Assembly (NCBI GenBank): GCA_012026655.1
Contig: JAAILG010001261.1
Span: 1 to 64,000 of the forward strand
Direction: 5' to 3'
Source of the DNA: Hydrolagus affinis
Lineage: Eukaryota
DNA length: 64,000 nt
Shown here: positions 27,260 through 39,720 of the stretch, in pieces
Position numbering within the stretch: the first letter of the stretch is position 1
Layout: the number at the start of each line of letters is the position of its first letter
Program-made: the position numbers and the translations under genes
The notes under the pieces: generated by a model
Told to the model about the DNA's origin: nothing
Databases searched by the model: none
What the model saw: the letters and a program-made list of their open reading frames with translations, nothing else

Positions 27260-27717
27260 TTGTTTCAGACTATAAACACTTCCAAGGACACTTATTCATG
27301 TGTGAAGAATGGTAAAAAATTTGGAGATTTGAATCACAAAATGTGCACAATTGGTAGTTTTCAAGAGAAATAATTGCATTCAGTTCTAATCAAACCATCT
27401 CTATTCTGGTTGGTAGTAAATGTTAAGCACAGGCAAACCAAAGTCATAATTTGGCTAAAACAATGTCCTCATAGAATTATGTATATTTACTTTGAATCAA
27501 TGAAATATGCACAATTATTTCAAACTGAAATGATTGTGGTTGACAAACTCATTTTTGCAGCAGCCTGCTCAGTTTATAGCTGGCTTTTGCAACTGATCTG
27601 ATGTAGTTTGGATTAACTCTTAACAAATCATCATTTCAGCAATTTGAAGCAACAGACCTTTAATCATACCTATTCCTGTTTAGAGGTTACAAGTAGGCAT
27701 CAATTTAGACAATTAAG

Positions 27718-27723
27718 AATAAA
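27718..27723 (+). terminator. EFL1: Candidate EFL1 polyadenylation signal; alternatives at 28348-28353 and 28399-28404
   Basis: First AATAAA after the stop codon; the 28399 site is followed by a GT/T-rich tract; usage cannot be determined from DNA. Confidence 0.45.
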
Positions 27724-27996
27724 AAAATTCAAGAACATATCACTTACAAATTCTCTCTAGAGAAGAGTGGTACTCATTAAGTAGCCAGGGTGACATATGC
27801 AACCCTCATCAAAGGAGCTGCACTATTTGCCTTTGGGCCTCCATTTAGAATTGACTTGCTGTGAAACAGTATTTTCAACAAGCTAGGGTTCAGTGCTGCT
27901 ATCTCTCCTTTTCTTGCTTTCTAGCAAGAGAATCCTATTCTGAGATAAGGCTATCCCATTTTCCTTAAAATAAGTAAAGAGTTCCTATTAATATAT

Positions 27997-28112
27997 TTTC
28001 CACCCACAAAATATTCAGTCAATTCACTTTAGAATATATTTTGTGAAGTACATTGAGATGTCTCAAAGACATGATAAGGCACTATACCAAATGCAATGAT
28101 TATTATTATTAT
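27997..28112 (+). mobile_element. 3' half of tRNA/Deu SINE
   Basis: CCCACAAAATATTCAGTCAATTCACTTT...AAATGCAATGATTATTATTATT. Confidence 0.75.
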
Positions 28113-28756
28113 AAATATTTACTAGAACTATTGGCCCTTTATTTTATTGTTCCTGTGGGCTAGAGACTGACTATCACTTGGCAGTTGTCCACAGTGGCTT
28201 GATTAAAACCAAGAGCTCACTATGTTCAGAATGACAATCCAGCATCTGTCATTCTGTGTACAACACGTTAAAGCACACCCAAGCCTCTCCCTCAGCTAGA
28301 CATTGGGACCAGTGTAGCTGCTGAGGATGAAGCTGATATCAAGTTTTAATAAAAGAAGATAAAGTAAACATTGTTAATGTTTCAGAAAAAAGTTCCAAAA
28401 TAAAAGGAGTTTGTATCTTGTTACTGTTTTTCTGGGTTATTCAATGAGTTCTTATGAAGAAGAATGATATGTCATAGAACTTGCAGGATCTCATTATGAT
28501 AAAAAAAATTACACCATATTGAATTAGTTCCATTTAAAAAATGTTACCCATTACAATTTTCTGATTTAAACATGCTGATAATCTTGCATTCTCATGAAGT
28601 TACTTTTTTTTAAAAAAAATATTTGATTGATATTTACAGCCATCATTTTTGTGGTTCATTTAAGGAATTTGAACCAAAAGTCCACCTTGCCATTGAAGAC
28701 TCCACTCTGAAAATAGATTGTTTTGGAATGAAGTTCCTGTGGGTTGATGTGACATA

Positions 28757-29100
28757 CCTCCAATTGATCCATTTGGTTGCCTCTATCCTTGAATTTATGA
28801 GTTGATAGGTAATGTCCCAACAAAGAACAAATATTCCATCTAACCAATCTAGAAAAGGAATTGGAATAGCATATTTAATGATCAAGGTGTAGAATATACT
28901 CCAGATCCAGCAACACCAGTATAGCAACAACTCGTAGATATTGGCATCTGAGACCGGTGTTATCAGTAATTATTCTCAGTATTACGGTTAGGGTTGCATC
29001 TCAGATATAAATGTGACTATTTCAGGCTATCGATTCTTCATTGAGAGATTATCAACCCATAAATTCAAGAATAGAGGCAGCCAAATGGATCAATTGGAAG
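28757..29100. repeat. Imperfect long inverted repeat (arms ~28757-28827 and ~29034-29100)
   Basis: CCAATTGATCCATTTGGTTGCCTCTATCCTTGAATTTATGAGTTGATA is the reverse complement, with 3 transitions, of TATCAACCCATAAATTCAAGAATAGAGGCAGCCAAATGGATCAATTGG. Confidence 0.85.
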
Positions 29101-31707
29101 CTGAATATGCAAAGAGCTTCAAAACCAAAATAGTTTGATGAACACCAAAAATATATGAATGCACATTATCTTGCAGTTTCACACTCAATATTAAAAGACA
29201 GAAATATTATTCAAATGCCTGCTGCAACCTATAATTTAGTGAAAAACTGATTTTCAGCAGCATGTCTCATGATCGCAATTTACTATAAGCCTCAAGTTAC
29301 TCTTAATTGCTGAATTTTCTATATTCCCAGATATTACATTTTTGGAATGAAAGCAACATTATTTAGAACCGTTGTCAGAACTATTTTTCACATTTTAGAA
29401 CAACCATTTTTCAATGTTTTCCTGCTTTTCGCTAAAGTATATTTTATTGGAGGATTTATGCAAACCTCAGAGAAGAATATTGTAAATAATATGTTCTAGC
29501 ACTTGCTAGTACTTGTAGCTCCAGTAAATCTTAAATATGCAGAACATTTTTAATTGTACAGGAAAGAGTTTGATATGAAGCATGTTTTGAGAAGGGAAGA
29601 GAAACTAAAAGGAACTCTTACCAACATTTTGACAGTCTGGGATCACCGTCGACTATACTGCCACAAGTGTAACCTTAATATGTGATTCCATCAAAATGAA
29701 TGTGAGAGTAATGTATCAATGTAATTAGACTGAGGATCATGAATGACAAGATGTTGAGTTTGTAATGAATCATCGCAGAAGTAGAATTAAGATATGAAAA
29801 CATCCATAAACCTTGGAATTGGAAGAGAAAGGAAAGGAACTCATGCTGCCCCTCACCAACGTAAACCCTAAACCAATCCAGAAAGTATACCCTTTTTAAA
29901 AAAAAAGTTAAAGTAAGCGGAAAGCTATTCCCAAATTCTCACTGTATTTCTTTTTTAAAAAAGAAATATCTTTCATTCTTTATTCTTAGCACATATAAAT
30001 CACCAGCAGCAATGGGTTAAGTATGTGTTTAATGGATTCATTTTTAATTTGAATACTTTCTTTATTTGTTATGCCTGGTGTTAAGCTGCTAAGTGAATCG
30101 AGAAAGTATTTTTAAATACCTTAGTATTTTTCAAACTATTACTTGATCCTAGATGATTGACAGTGCCTCATCAGATCCTGAGGCATAACCTCTGTCAGTT
30201 GCATAGACAGAGTGACTGTGATTCTAGCAGCTGAAATATTAGCCTTGCTCGGACTGTTCATCAATTATTTATGAAACTGCAGAGTGCTGCCTTCAGCTGT
30301 ACCTCATGGGAAATGATCATATTGTACACCTTCTGAAACCCTAGTCAGGTGAAGTAAAAAAAACGTCAACAGCTCAAGGCCATAAGAATTGCTTAGTTCC
30401 CTGTTGTAGCTATTGTATGTACGTACGTGGTGTACATGTGTATTTCAGATCTTTTATGTTTTTTGATATTCAACAATGAAATAGCTGGTTCATTAGTAAA
30501 AATCCATTTGCTGACTCCAGCCTGAGAGGTTAATTAACCCAGTATGAAATTCTGATTGGACTGTGAACAGAAAAATCACGGTTTTAGCAGATGCCATTTT
30601 CTAACCCAGGCTGAGCTGCCACTTTTGTCCTTTGCTTTCTTTCCTCTCAGAATCCACCCTTTGACCTTGCTCAGCCTACCTCTGGGCACCTTCTGGAGGT
30701 TGATATTTTTTTCATTAGGTTATTCTTACTTTTGTAAGAATAATTATTTCAAGAAAATTGTTGATGGCCTGTTTCAAAATGTTAGATGTTGAGATTTTGT
30801 TAATACAATTAGAAATTACATATTTCTTAAACTTGCCATTTCAGGAATTGGCCTTTGTGTTTTTAACTGCAAGTACTTTATAACAATTCATTTATTTCCT
30901 GTTCAAGTGAAACTTCACTGGTTAAAATGAAAGATCCCAGTTTAATTGTTTCGGCTGAAATCGAGGTGTATGTGGGGGTGGACTTCTAATTGCAAGGGCT
31001 GGTTATATTAGTTTATCGCCTCTAAAGTGCACTGAAAAAATAGCTGTAAAAATGGGGTGACATGGTATTGAAAATAACGTTGCATCTGTAGTCTGAAGGC
31101 ATATAATTATTAATAATTTACCAGTTTGGCTTGCTTATCAATAGCACTTGGAATGGAAGACATCCCTTGAGAAGCCAGGTTACTTCCTACTCTGCTCCTG
31201 ATAGGACCCTCTAAGTCAATGCCCATTGATAGTGTGGTGCAAAAAACTGGACAAGCAATATTGGATTTAAATGAGGGAAAATATTGGTGGGCATATAATG
31301 AGAATACTCTGCTCCTTTTCAAAGTGGGGAATGTTCTGTGCCACATCATACCATGCTACCATACCATGCCCTAAAATTCTGCTACAGGATTCAAACTCAC
31401 CACCTTCTGACCCCGTTAAGCATTCTAGTGATGGAGCCACGCTGACATAGATCATTTCCTCACTAATCAATTTGTTGAAATTATTCGAGACGCCTTTGTT
31501 ATGTTCCCTGAGAGCTTACATTTTAAAAATGATTCAATTTAAAAAATACTTATACATACAATTCCTGATTAGATTAAAATCATTGGTGGGAACACAAGGA
31601 GTTTATATTATGTTAATTAGTTATTTTTGTCTTTATTACCATGGTATAAATTTCTTATTGAAGTGGTGTCATTTTATTTTGCTGTAAGTTATAGTTTTCC
31701 AGTAAAT

Positions 31708-31838
31708 ATAGGAACAGAAGTAGGCCATTCAGCCTGTTGAACCTGTTCCGCAATTTAATTAGATCATGGCTGATCTATATCTTTACTATCATTTCAAATC
31801 CAATGTCCTGCTTTCTCTCCGTATCCCTTCATACCCTG
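31708..31838 (-). mobile_element. CR1 3' UTR fragment
   Basis: TAGGAACAGAAGTAGGCCATTCAGCC...GATCATGGCTGATCT is the reverse complement of the CR1 3' UTR at 62244-62310. Confidence 0.8.
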
Positions 31839-32887
31839 TAAAGAGGTTTCGCTTGTAACAAAATAAATTACGTCATTAATTCTTGATTTCTTTATCCACT
31901 TTGTCGAAGGTGTAGAAGAGTAAAGACAATGTGATCATTTTCACTTAATTGCTGAATTGTTCGAGGTTTTCTTCCAAAAGAATGTTCTTCAAAAGTGAAT
32001 CTGGCTTTTGCAACTACCATATTCAATTATTTTGATTTTACAGTAAAATTATCACTTTGCATAAGATTGGAGCTTGTATCAATTTATAATTTATTTTTGA
32101 GGGCTTTTTCTGTTATGTCTGTACTGCTTTCAACAACATACTTAGCAGTCATTTCCTTAGCAAACACGGAGTCAGATGACAGCCACTAACCTTTACTTGC
32201 CGTCTGGTGAATCAATTTCATAAAAGGGCCTATCTATAATTGCCATCTTACTCACAAGAGTACAAAGAGTTAGTTCTCTTCTGCTTAGCCTTTCACAGCC
32301 TTTCCCGCAAAAGTCAAGAACATCACCTCCCAACCTTTTCCATTAGCCCCCACCCCCCACAACCCACCACCAACCCGCAGCAGATCAACTTTCAGAACCT
32401 CCACAGGCTCGCCTCACCCTGACTATCTACTGCAACCTTGGCCACTCCATTACCTCAGGGCTATTTCATGCCCCCCATGCCTCACTATTGCTATTTTCCT
32501 CCCTCCACCCACCAAGATTGTGTGTAAAATCCATCTGCTTTGTTTCCTCCCTTCTTTCAAAACCCAGCCTAATTCAGACTTCACCTCCAACCACCTCATC
32601 CTCATTGAACACCAGTCCATCTTTATAAAGCAATTCTCCTTACATAAAAGGCATACAATATTGCAAATTGTTATTGTAGCTTTTTGAAAGTGAATAAGCC
32701 CTTAGTTCCTTATAATTGTCATATTTCGAAAGCAATCATGACTTGGGGTAAGACTACATATCACCACATTGTTCAGTTTGTACCTCAGAAGAGTGTTAAT
32801 TGACGCTATTCAAACTTTTGCTGTAATATTAATAGAATGATTAATAAATTTCATGTTTTGATTTTTACTGATTATAAGTATTAATAT

Positions 32888-32950
32888 CCGGCGCCTTGGG
32901 ATCTTCTCCCAACGTGAAAGACGCTATACAAATGTAATTTGTTGTTCTTG
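32888..32950 (+). mobile_element. L2 3' tail fragment; similar short tails at ~33578-33700 (-), 34622-34770 (-), 34920-34965 (+), 44525-44655 (-), 45611-45725 (+), 48205-48310 (+), 57362-57430 (-), 58190-58262 (-)
   Basis: Shared GCGCCTTGGGACGTCCTCC..ACGTGAAAGGCGCTATACAAATGTAATTTTG(TTG)n, same as the tail of the ORF2-bearing copy at 53705-54294. Confidence 0.75.
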
Positions 32951-35104
32951 TGATATCAGTTGTATCATTGTGAACAATGCATAGCGTCTCCCATTCTTGG
33001 AAAGCATCTTCACTGGTGATTAGCTTAGTTTGGCAAAGGTACGTTTCAGCTTTAAGATCTTGGAATCATGCATCAGATCTTGGAAAGCGCAAACCCCTAA
33101 TAGGTATTGATAACATTGGAATTGCTGCATTTGTTAATTTATCTAATAATATATTCAAAAACAACTGAATTGTTTGTTACTCCTGTTGCAATTTGGGGTA
33201 TTTACCTTTTATTTTTACCATTGCATACTCAATGCAATCACCTTGGGAGAATATCTTCCACATTATCCCTTCACAATTCTCCTACTGGATCAATGAGGAA
33301 TCTACCAACGTAGAGTCAACCCAAGTATGTATTAATGCATTGGTTGTGTGAGGAGAAACATGTAGGTTCAGTTTGGGGCCAGCTCTTTCTCTACAGAGCC
33401 TAGAAATGCATCAGGAGTGTGGAGAGCTTAACAGTCAAGTGATGCTTTCCCTGACACGTGTTTCTCTGCAGGTCTGAGTGTGTCGCTTAGGGTTCTGGTT
33501 TGGATGACGTCACTGTGTGTGACATCACCGATGTAACATCACATTTTAAGTCCTGTGGTGTACAAATTCACCAATGACAACAACCACAACAACAAAATTC
33601 TGCTTGTATAGCACCTTTCAGATCGGGAGGACATCCCAAGGCTCCGGGCAGTCAGTGTTTCGGACCCGAGCTGGGGAGGGTGGATGGAAGCGGGGGGTTT
33701 GGTAAAACATTAAAACATGTAAAACATTTCCAACAGTAAATAAAACATTCCCGGCAAACTGCTAAAACCTCAGTACCTCAGTGTGTTTGTCTTACAGCAA
33801 TGCCCCCGCCACCCACGAACAGTGGCAAAATGTAAGCTAAACACAGCGTGAGTTCTCCATGCTGAATGATAAGGAGATGCATTAGAAGCTCCCGCATCGG
33901 CTTTGGATCATTCAACTGAGGCAGGGCTTAGATCGTTCAGTTGGGCTGAAGCCAGATTCTAATCTGCACACGGCCTTTTTGGCATCGGCACCAAAGCTAA
34001 AATTTACAATGATAGACACATGAAATATTCATCTGAAGCTGAAATCCAAACACTGCCCTGCTGACTGTCCTCCTTTATATGAAAGTGGATGAATGAAGCC
34101 TCAGCCGCCATAATGGAAGAGGGTGACAAATAACATAAACATTGTCCTGAAGGGTGAATGTAAAACAAAATTGGAACTCTTTGCTAAAGAAATCTGACTG
34201 CCACAATATTGAATCACTGCCAGGCATTTTGTCATATTGGGAGCTGGCAGATTGAGTGTTTTTAGCCGATAGTTCGATAAACTGGAAATATCAGCAGAAC
34301 CTGATCTTTAAACGGACTCCATATGTTTGCTGTGCAAACTCACAAAGGCCTCGCAACCCTCAGACTGTTCTCTGAACTGCAGTTGAACCTGAACTAGTTG
34401 TCTGCTGCTTCAGGCTGTGGTCTTGACCCTAAGATAACTGCATTCACTTCAGAAAAAAAAGCCAGTGAACCTCAAACTGATGGTTAAGTAGGTAAACTGG
34501 GATGAGAGTTTTAAAAAGGGTAATTGAAAGATTCAGTCATTGCACAGATGATTTTATGACTGGAGGCAGCCATTTGCAATAAACTGTATCAGATTCAACT
34601 ATTTCTTATGGGTTAAATGATACAATACAAAATTACATTTGAATAGCGCCTTTCACATCAGGAGGATGTCCCCAAGGTGCTGGACAATCAGGGATTTAGT
34701 CCCGAACGGGATGGGGAGTGGGTGTTGGAGTAAAGGAGGGTGGAGGGTCTTTAGTCCTGGCTTTAACAAGGCAAAATCTTTCATTTTGATTTTTTTAAGT
34801 AAAATGGAAGACATAATATGAATACAAAACAAATCTTCAAATGACTGGAAAGAAACTTAGCCTTGCTGTGTAGAAATAAACCTTATTGTGCTTTTAAATT
34901 GGTGGTTGAGGTGACATCCTTTCATGAAAGGTGCTATACAAATGTAATTTTGTTGTTGTTGTTTGTAACGATTGATTGATTAGATCGATAATTTATGATT
35001 GAAGATTGATGATAAATGTGTTACCTTGTGCCACCCATATTTCAAGTGATACTCGCATTTCTGATGGATATGCATTTTTTAAAATCATAACCGGTTTCTA
35101 TGTC

Positions 35105-35765
35105 GATCTCACCCGATCCTACCTCTGCGACCTCCTAAGCCCCTACCAACCTACCCGCCCCTTACGCTCAGCAGGCTCCAGCCTGACCAGCTGACCCACC
35201 CGCCCCACCATTGGTGGGTGAGTCTTCAGCCACACTGCCCCCAACCTCTGGAAGTCCAACCCACAGTCCCTCTGCCTCGCCCCCTCCTTAGCCTCCTTCA
35301 AGACCACATCACTCCCATGCTTGCCCAGCTCCATTAGCTCCCCATCCCCCAGAGGATGGAATTCAAGATCTTTATCCTCACTTTCAAGGCCTTGCCCCCT
35401 CCTATCTCTCTGACCTGCTGACTCGCTATCAACCTGCCCGCCCCGTCTGTTCAGCAGGCTCCGGTCTGCTCCATGTCCCCCTGCCCTACCATTGGTGGCC
35501 GGACTTTCAGCTTCTCCGCCCCCACACTCTGGAACTCCATCTCACAGTCCCTTCACCTCGCTTCCTCCCTTGCCTCCTTCAAGGCCGGTCTCAAGACCCA
35601 CCTCTTCGATCGTGCCTTCTATCGCCCTCCCAACTCTCTCCCTTCCCTCCCCACCCACCGTGCCTCTCCCCCATGCTCGGGTCCCGACCCCTGACTGTTC
35701 AGTGCCTTGGTATGTCCTCCCGATGTGTGAAAGGCGCTTTACGAATTTTTGTTCATGTTGTTATT
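35105..35765 (+). mobile_element. L2 LINE 3' region with an internal tandem duplication
   Basis: SYLCDLLSPYQPTRPLRSAG...; PTIGGRTFSFSAPTLWNSISQSLHLASSLASFKAGLKTHLFDRAF is the classic L2 ORF2 C-terminus; L2 tail follows. Confidence 0.9.
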
Positions 35766-36218
35766 TTTTGTAGAACACAGTGGAATACTTCGAAATCATC
35801 ATTAGAACTAACGTTTATTTATTTGTATACGTATAATTCTTGCCATCTTTCACTGAAGATTGCAATGGCACAAAGTGTTGGAATTAATCCTATATTTTGT
35901 TGCCTGAGACCATCAACCATTAGGTGAGAACTAAGTCGTGTTCAAACCATGGAATTGCATCTGTAGTATGTAATTGGTCAGGGCAGTGTGATGTGAGGCT
36001 GATGTTCTTGAGTTCTACTCAATTACCTTCAGGGTCATGGAAACATTTCAGACCCATTTCTTTTGAGGTTAACTGTGACTGTTCATCTCTTTCAGGAAAT
36101 TAATTCAATTGTGTGACATCCATATGGGGGCAAATTGAACGTGTTCTGTGGAAAGAAATGGGCTAAACAGGCCAAGTGTTTTTTTTGTATCTCTTTCATA
36201 ATAATCTTATTTGTTAAT

Positions 36219-36538
36219 ATAATAATAATCCTTGCATTTGATATAGTGCTTTTCGTCTTCTAGACGTCTCAAAGCATTTCACAGGATATACTGTAAAGTG
36301 AATTGACTGTATATTTGTGGGTGAAACGTGACAGCCAATCATGCACAGCAGTGTCCCACAAACAATTGTGGATTGAAATTACCAATTTTATTATTGTGTT
36401 TTTCTTTTTGGAGGGATTTTTATTAGGCGTGTGGAGTAAGGAAACTTGCCCAAGGTTTCGCCCTGACCTGCTTGTATTTGAACACAGGTCTCATGCTTGT
36501 AAGGCGAGTGCTCTAACCACTGAGCTACAGAACTCCAC
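36219..36538 (-). mobile_element. Full-length tRNA/Deu SINE (~320 bp)
   Basis: (TAA)n tail through to ...CTAACCACTGAGCTACAGAACTCCAC (reverse complement of the head). Confidence 0.9.
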
Positions 36539-36720
36539 GAATATGAACATCTATATTTTAATGCACTGGGCAGACATTAATTGAACTAAGTAGAATAATT
36601 ATAAATGCTGTACTTCCGTTCATTTTGTTAACCCGTATACTGTACTTTTTTTTCATCCACCTGTTTGTATTGCATCAATGTTTTGCATCAACATCTTGAA
36701 TTTTCAGTTGTTATAGGTCA

Positions 36721-36733
36721 CCACTAGGTGGCA
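36721..36733 (+). promoter_or_regulatory. Candidate CTCF site
   Basis: CCACTAGGTGGCA matches the CTCF core CCASYAGRKGGCR exactly. Confidence 0.5.
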
Positions 36734-39075
36734 TTTTATTCGATGTTTGAATTACAGTGTGTGTCCAACAATGATCAAAGGTTGTTATTCCTCATGTATA
36801 TTAAAAGGTGTCTTGTTATCAAGAAATAAAACAAATCAATTGGCTTATTATTTTCAATGAAAAGTTCCCATGAAGAGAAAATTCACATCATCTCAAATCC
36901 TTTCATTGCAATGCTTTATGTTAATGAAGCTTATTATGAAACGTAATGAAAGGTTTAAATATAATTTGATTAGAAGGGTGATACAGGTCGGCCAATCTTT
37001 CATCAAGATCCTTTGTAAAAATAGTGGGTTAGCTAGAAATTGACACATTTTTGTTTGAATTCCCAACCAAGTAGTCAAACTCGTATGTCGCACAGTTCTT
37101 AGCAGGATTTACCAGGTATCTCGTCTTATGAGGAAATAGATTCCTCCGCTCTCCTCACCTTTCAAACATGAATTAATTCAAGCTGACCAAGAACAACAAA
37201 CCTGAGCTGCTCTGTCTTACTTAACTAGAAGACTCATTAAGTGACATACATGGTCACCACAAGGCACCTGTCAACACAAGCTCTGGTGATCTATCTCAAT
37301 GTGGCAATACTGTATCAAACAGGGATGGCAGTGTTGTCTCAGTGACATCGTGGTCAAGTGGATTTGTTACCAGCAGGAAATCATTTTGGGGGGACCCTAA
37401 AATTCTGATCTTGGCAGAATTGACTTTGGTTTGTATTTTGTGATTGATACCGCTCGCTGGCAGTGAAGATTACTGGGAATTGTCATAAATTCACAGAGCT
37501 AAGAAAGACAACCAGGTAGCCCAGCCCATATTAAACTCCAGTTTTCTCCCATGCCCCTCTGCTGAAGGTGCTTTGACTCCTTTCTCCTTCTAAATTTCAC
37601 AGGTGTTGAACTGGTACCTCATCCAAGCATCAACTCCTTTGCGGCAGCTGGGTTCCCAGGTTCCTCCGTGTCCTCTTTGTCTGACACACTGAAAGCGGGT
37701 TGGCAGGCAGGCAACCTTTGATCTTAAAAATGTCTCAGTGTCATCGATGTGCAGATTAAAGTAGTCTAATCAGTGCATGGCTTTGAACTCTGTGAATAAT
37801 CTAGGTGGATTTTAAAATTAAATCTTTAAGATTGGACCGTGTTTGGTTTTGCTATAATGCAAACTATTCAGACTGCCAGAAGGCTGTTGTCACCTCTCAG
37901 GATGGAAATCTAACCCCAGAGGTGTTAAAACTAAGCTGCTTATGAGGCTGCAAGTGCTGATTTGTGAAGTGGTGTAATAGTGAGCAGGTTTTCATTAAAA
38001 ACGATCTGTCCTAAAAACAAATTGGGAAATATAGTTGATATCATTCATCCCAAATTTTAAATGGTGGTTATTTGTGCACACACAAATACAGTATATTGTT
38101 AGCTATAATTCCAGTTATAGCATCACATAAAATGGCTATAAATTTAGGTAGATATTTGATAAGCAGTACAATCTTTGTTCAACTTGTTTTGCAAATTAGA
38201 GCATTGAAGCAATGAGAGCAGACCAAAGCTAGATTCCTGTAATATCGCCGTTGAGATTTGGCAAACAAACATTATCATTAAGATTTATTCAATCCAGTAC
38301 GAATTATTACAAATATTTGTTTTCTGTAGGATTAGTGTCTTTAACCTCAGCAGCTCTTTGCAAGTTTATACTCACAATAGGTTTCGCTCATTGATGTTCA
38401 AAGCACTCCTTTCTCAAGTTGCCAAATACAACCACCATATGGGCTGAAATGCAGCCAGCTAGCTACTAAATTACAAACACCCCTTTGACTTCAATTGAAT
38501 AGGAGAGGATGTCAGTTACTGCCTTCCTCCTGTGGCCACACCACGAGTGCACCTGCACTAAGTAACTGGCATTCATCCGCCACAAAACTCCAATATACAT
38601 CCATTGTTTGCTTGAATATTATACGAACCTTGTGATATTATTAACCTACTGAGATTACATTAACCCACCTTCCATCACCCAATGAAACACGAGATAAAAT
38701 GCAATCGTTATCTGAGTTTCTCAAGCATGTTTCAGGCGACCTTTGCCAAGGCACTCAAATACTGCATTGCATTCTTAAAATGGTTTGGTTCTCTGCTCAT
38801 TATCTCTACTAATTACATATGTTGGTGATGTCAGAACTGATCCTCGTTGGTGGTTGATTAAGGACAAATTCTATGCTATTTGGTGTGTTCAGAAATTTTG
38901 ACCATTGAGTTATTACTGTTCTACTAGGTGGTCCACAGCCTCTAGAATTTGAATAAGTGTTTGGCTCACAACCAGACATTGGGAGCTTGCATCTTGAAAT
39001 TGTCTGTTACTATGAGACTTTTTGCCTTAGTTAAGTGAGCTTTGTCCCCTTGTGTCACAGTTACCTCAATGAACT

Positions 39076-39305
39076 AATAATTATAATCCTTGCATTTGTG
39101 AAAGACGCTATACAAATGTAATTTTGCTGTTGTTGTTGTTGATATCGAGCCTCATCACATCTTTGAGACGTCTCAAAGGGCTACACAGAATATACTGTAA
39201 AGTGATGGTATATTTTGTTGGAGAAATGCAGCAGTCAATTGCGCACAGCAGTGTCCCACAAACAGTCGTGGATTACGTGACCATGCTATTATTATTATTT
39301 TTTTT
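39076..39305 (-). mobile_element. 5'-truncated tRNA/Deu SINE interrupted by a + strand L2 tail (39098-39141)
   Basis: SINE tail ...CCTTGCATTT is broken by GTGAAAGACGCTATACAAATGTAATTTTGC(TGT)n, then resumes at GATAT... Confidence 0.8.
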
Positions 39306-39489
39306 TAGACGGGATGGTAGTTGCTGACCATGGAGTAACATTATCAACAGTCATCTTGAGGTGACACAGGGCATAGGGTAACAAATAAAAACGGTGCATT
39401 CCAGGTAAAACGTTACATCAAACACTTCTTTCAGTGCATTATTTCACTTTTGTACTGGGATGTGTGTTTTGTTAAGAACAGTGTTAACT

Positions 39490-39720
39490 TGTTCAGGTGA
39501 GTGGGTTAAAGATCCCATGACACTATCCAAAATTAGTTTCTCTCCCAGTGTCCTGGCCAACAATTCCCCCAAATAAAAATTTGTCATTCATTATATGAAT
39601 CCTCTTGGGACATGACTGTGGACAAATTACCTGCCCCATTCACTCCAGTTCACAACATATCCTGTGGTGCTTTGAGACCTTCTAATGCAGACCAAATATA
39701 AGGATTATAGTTATATTATT
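39490..39720 (+). mobile_element. Older Deu-domain SINE (SacSINE1/AmnSINE1-like); related relic at ~8810-8935 (-)
   Basis: TAAAGATCCCATGACACTAT...TCTCCCAGTGTCCTGGCCAACAATT resembles the Deu core as recalled. Confidence 0.6.
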
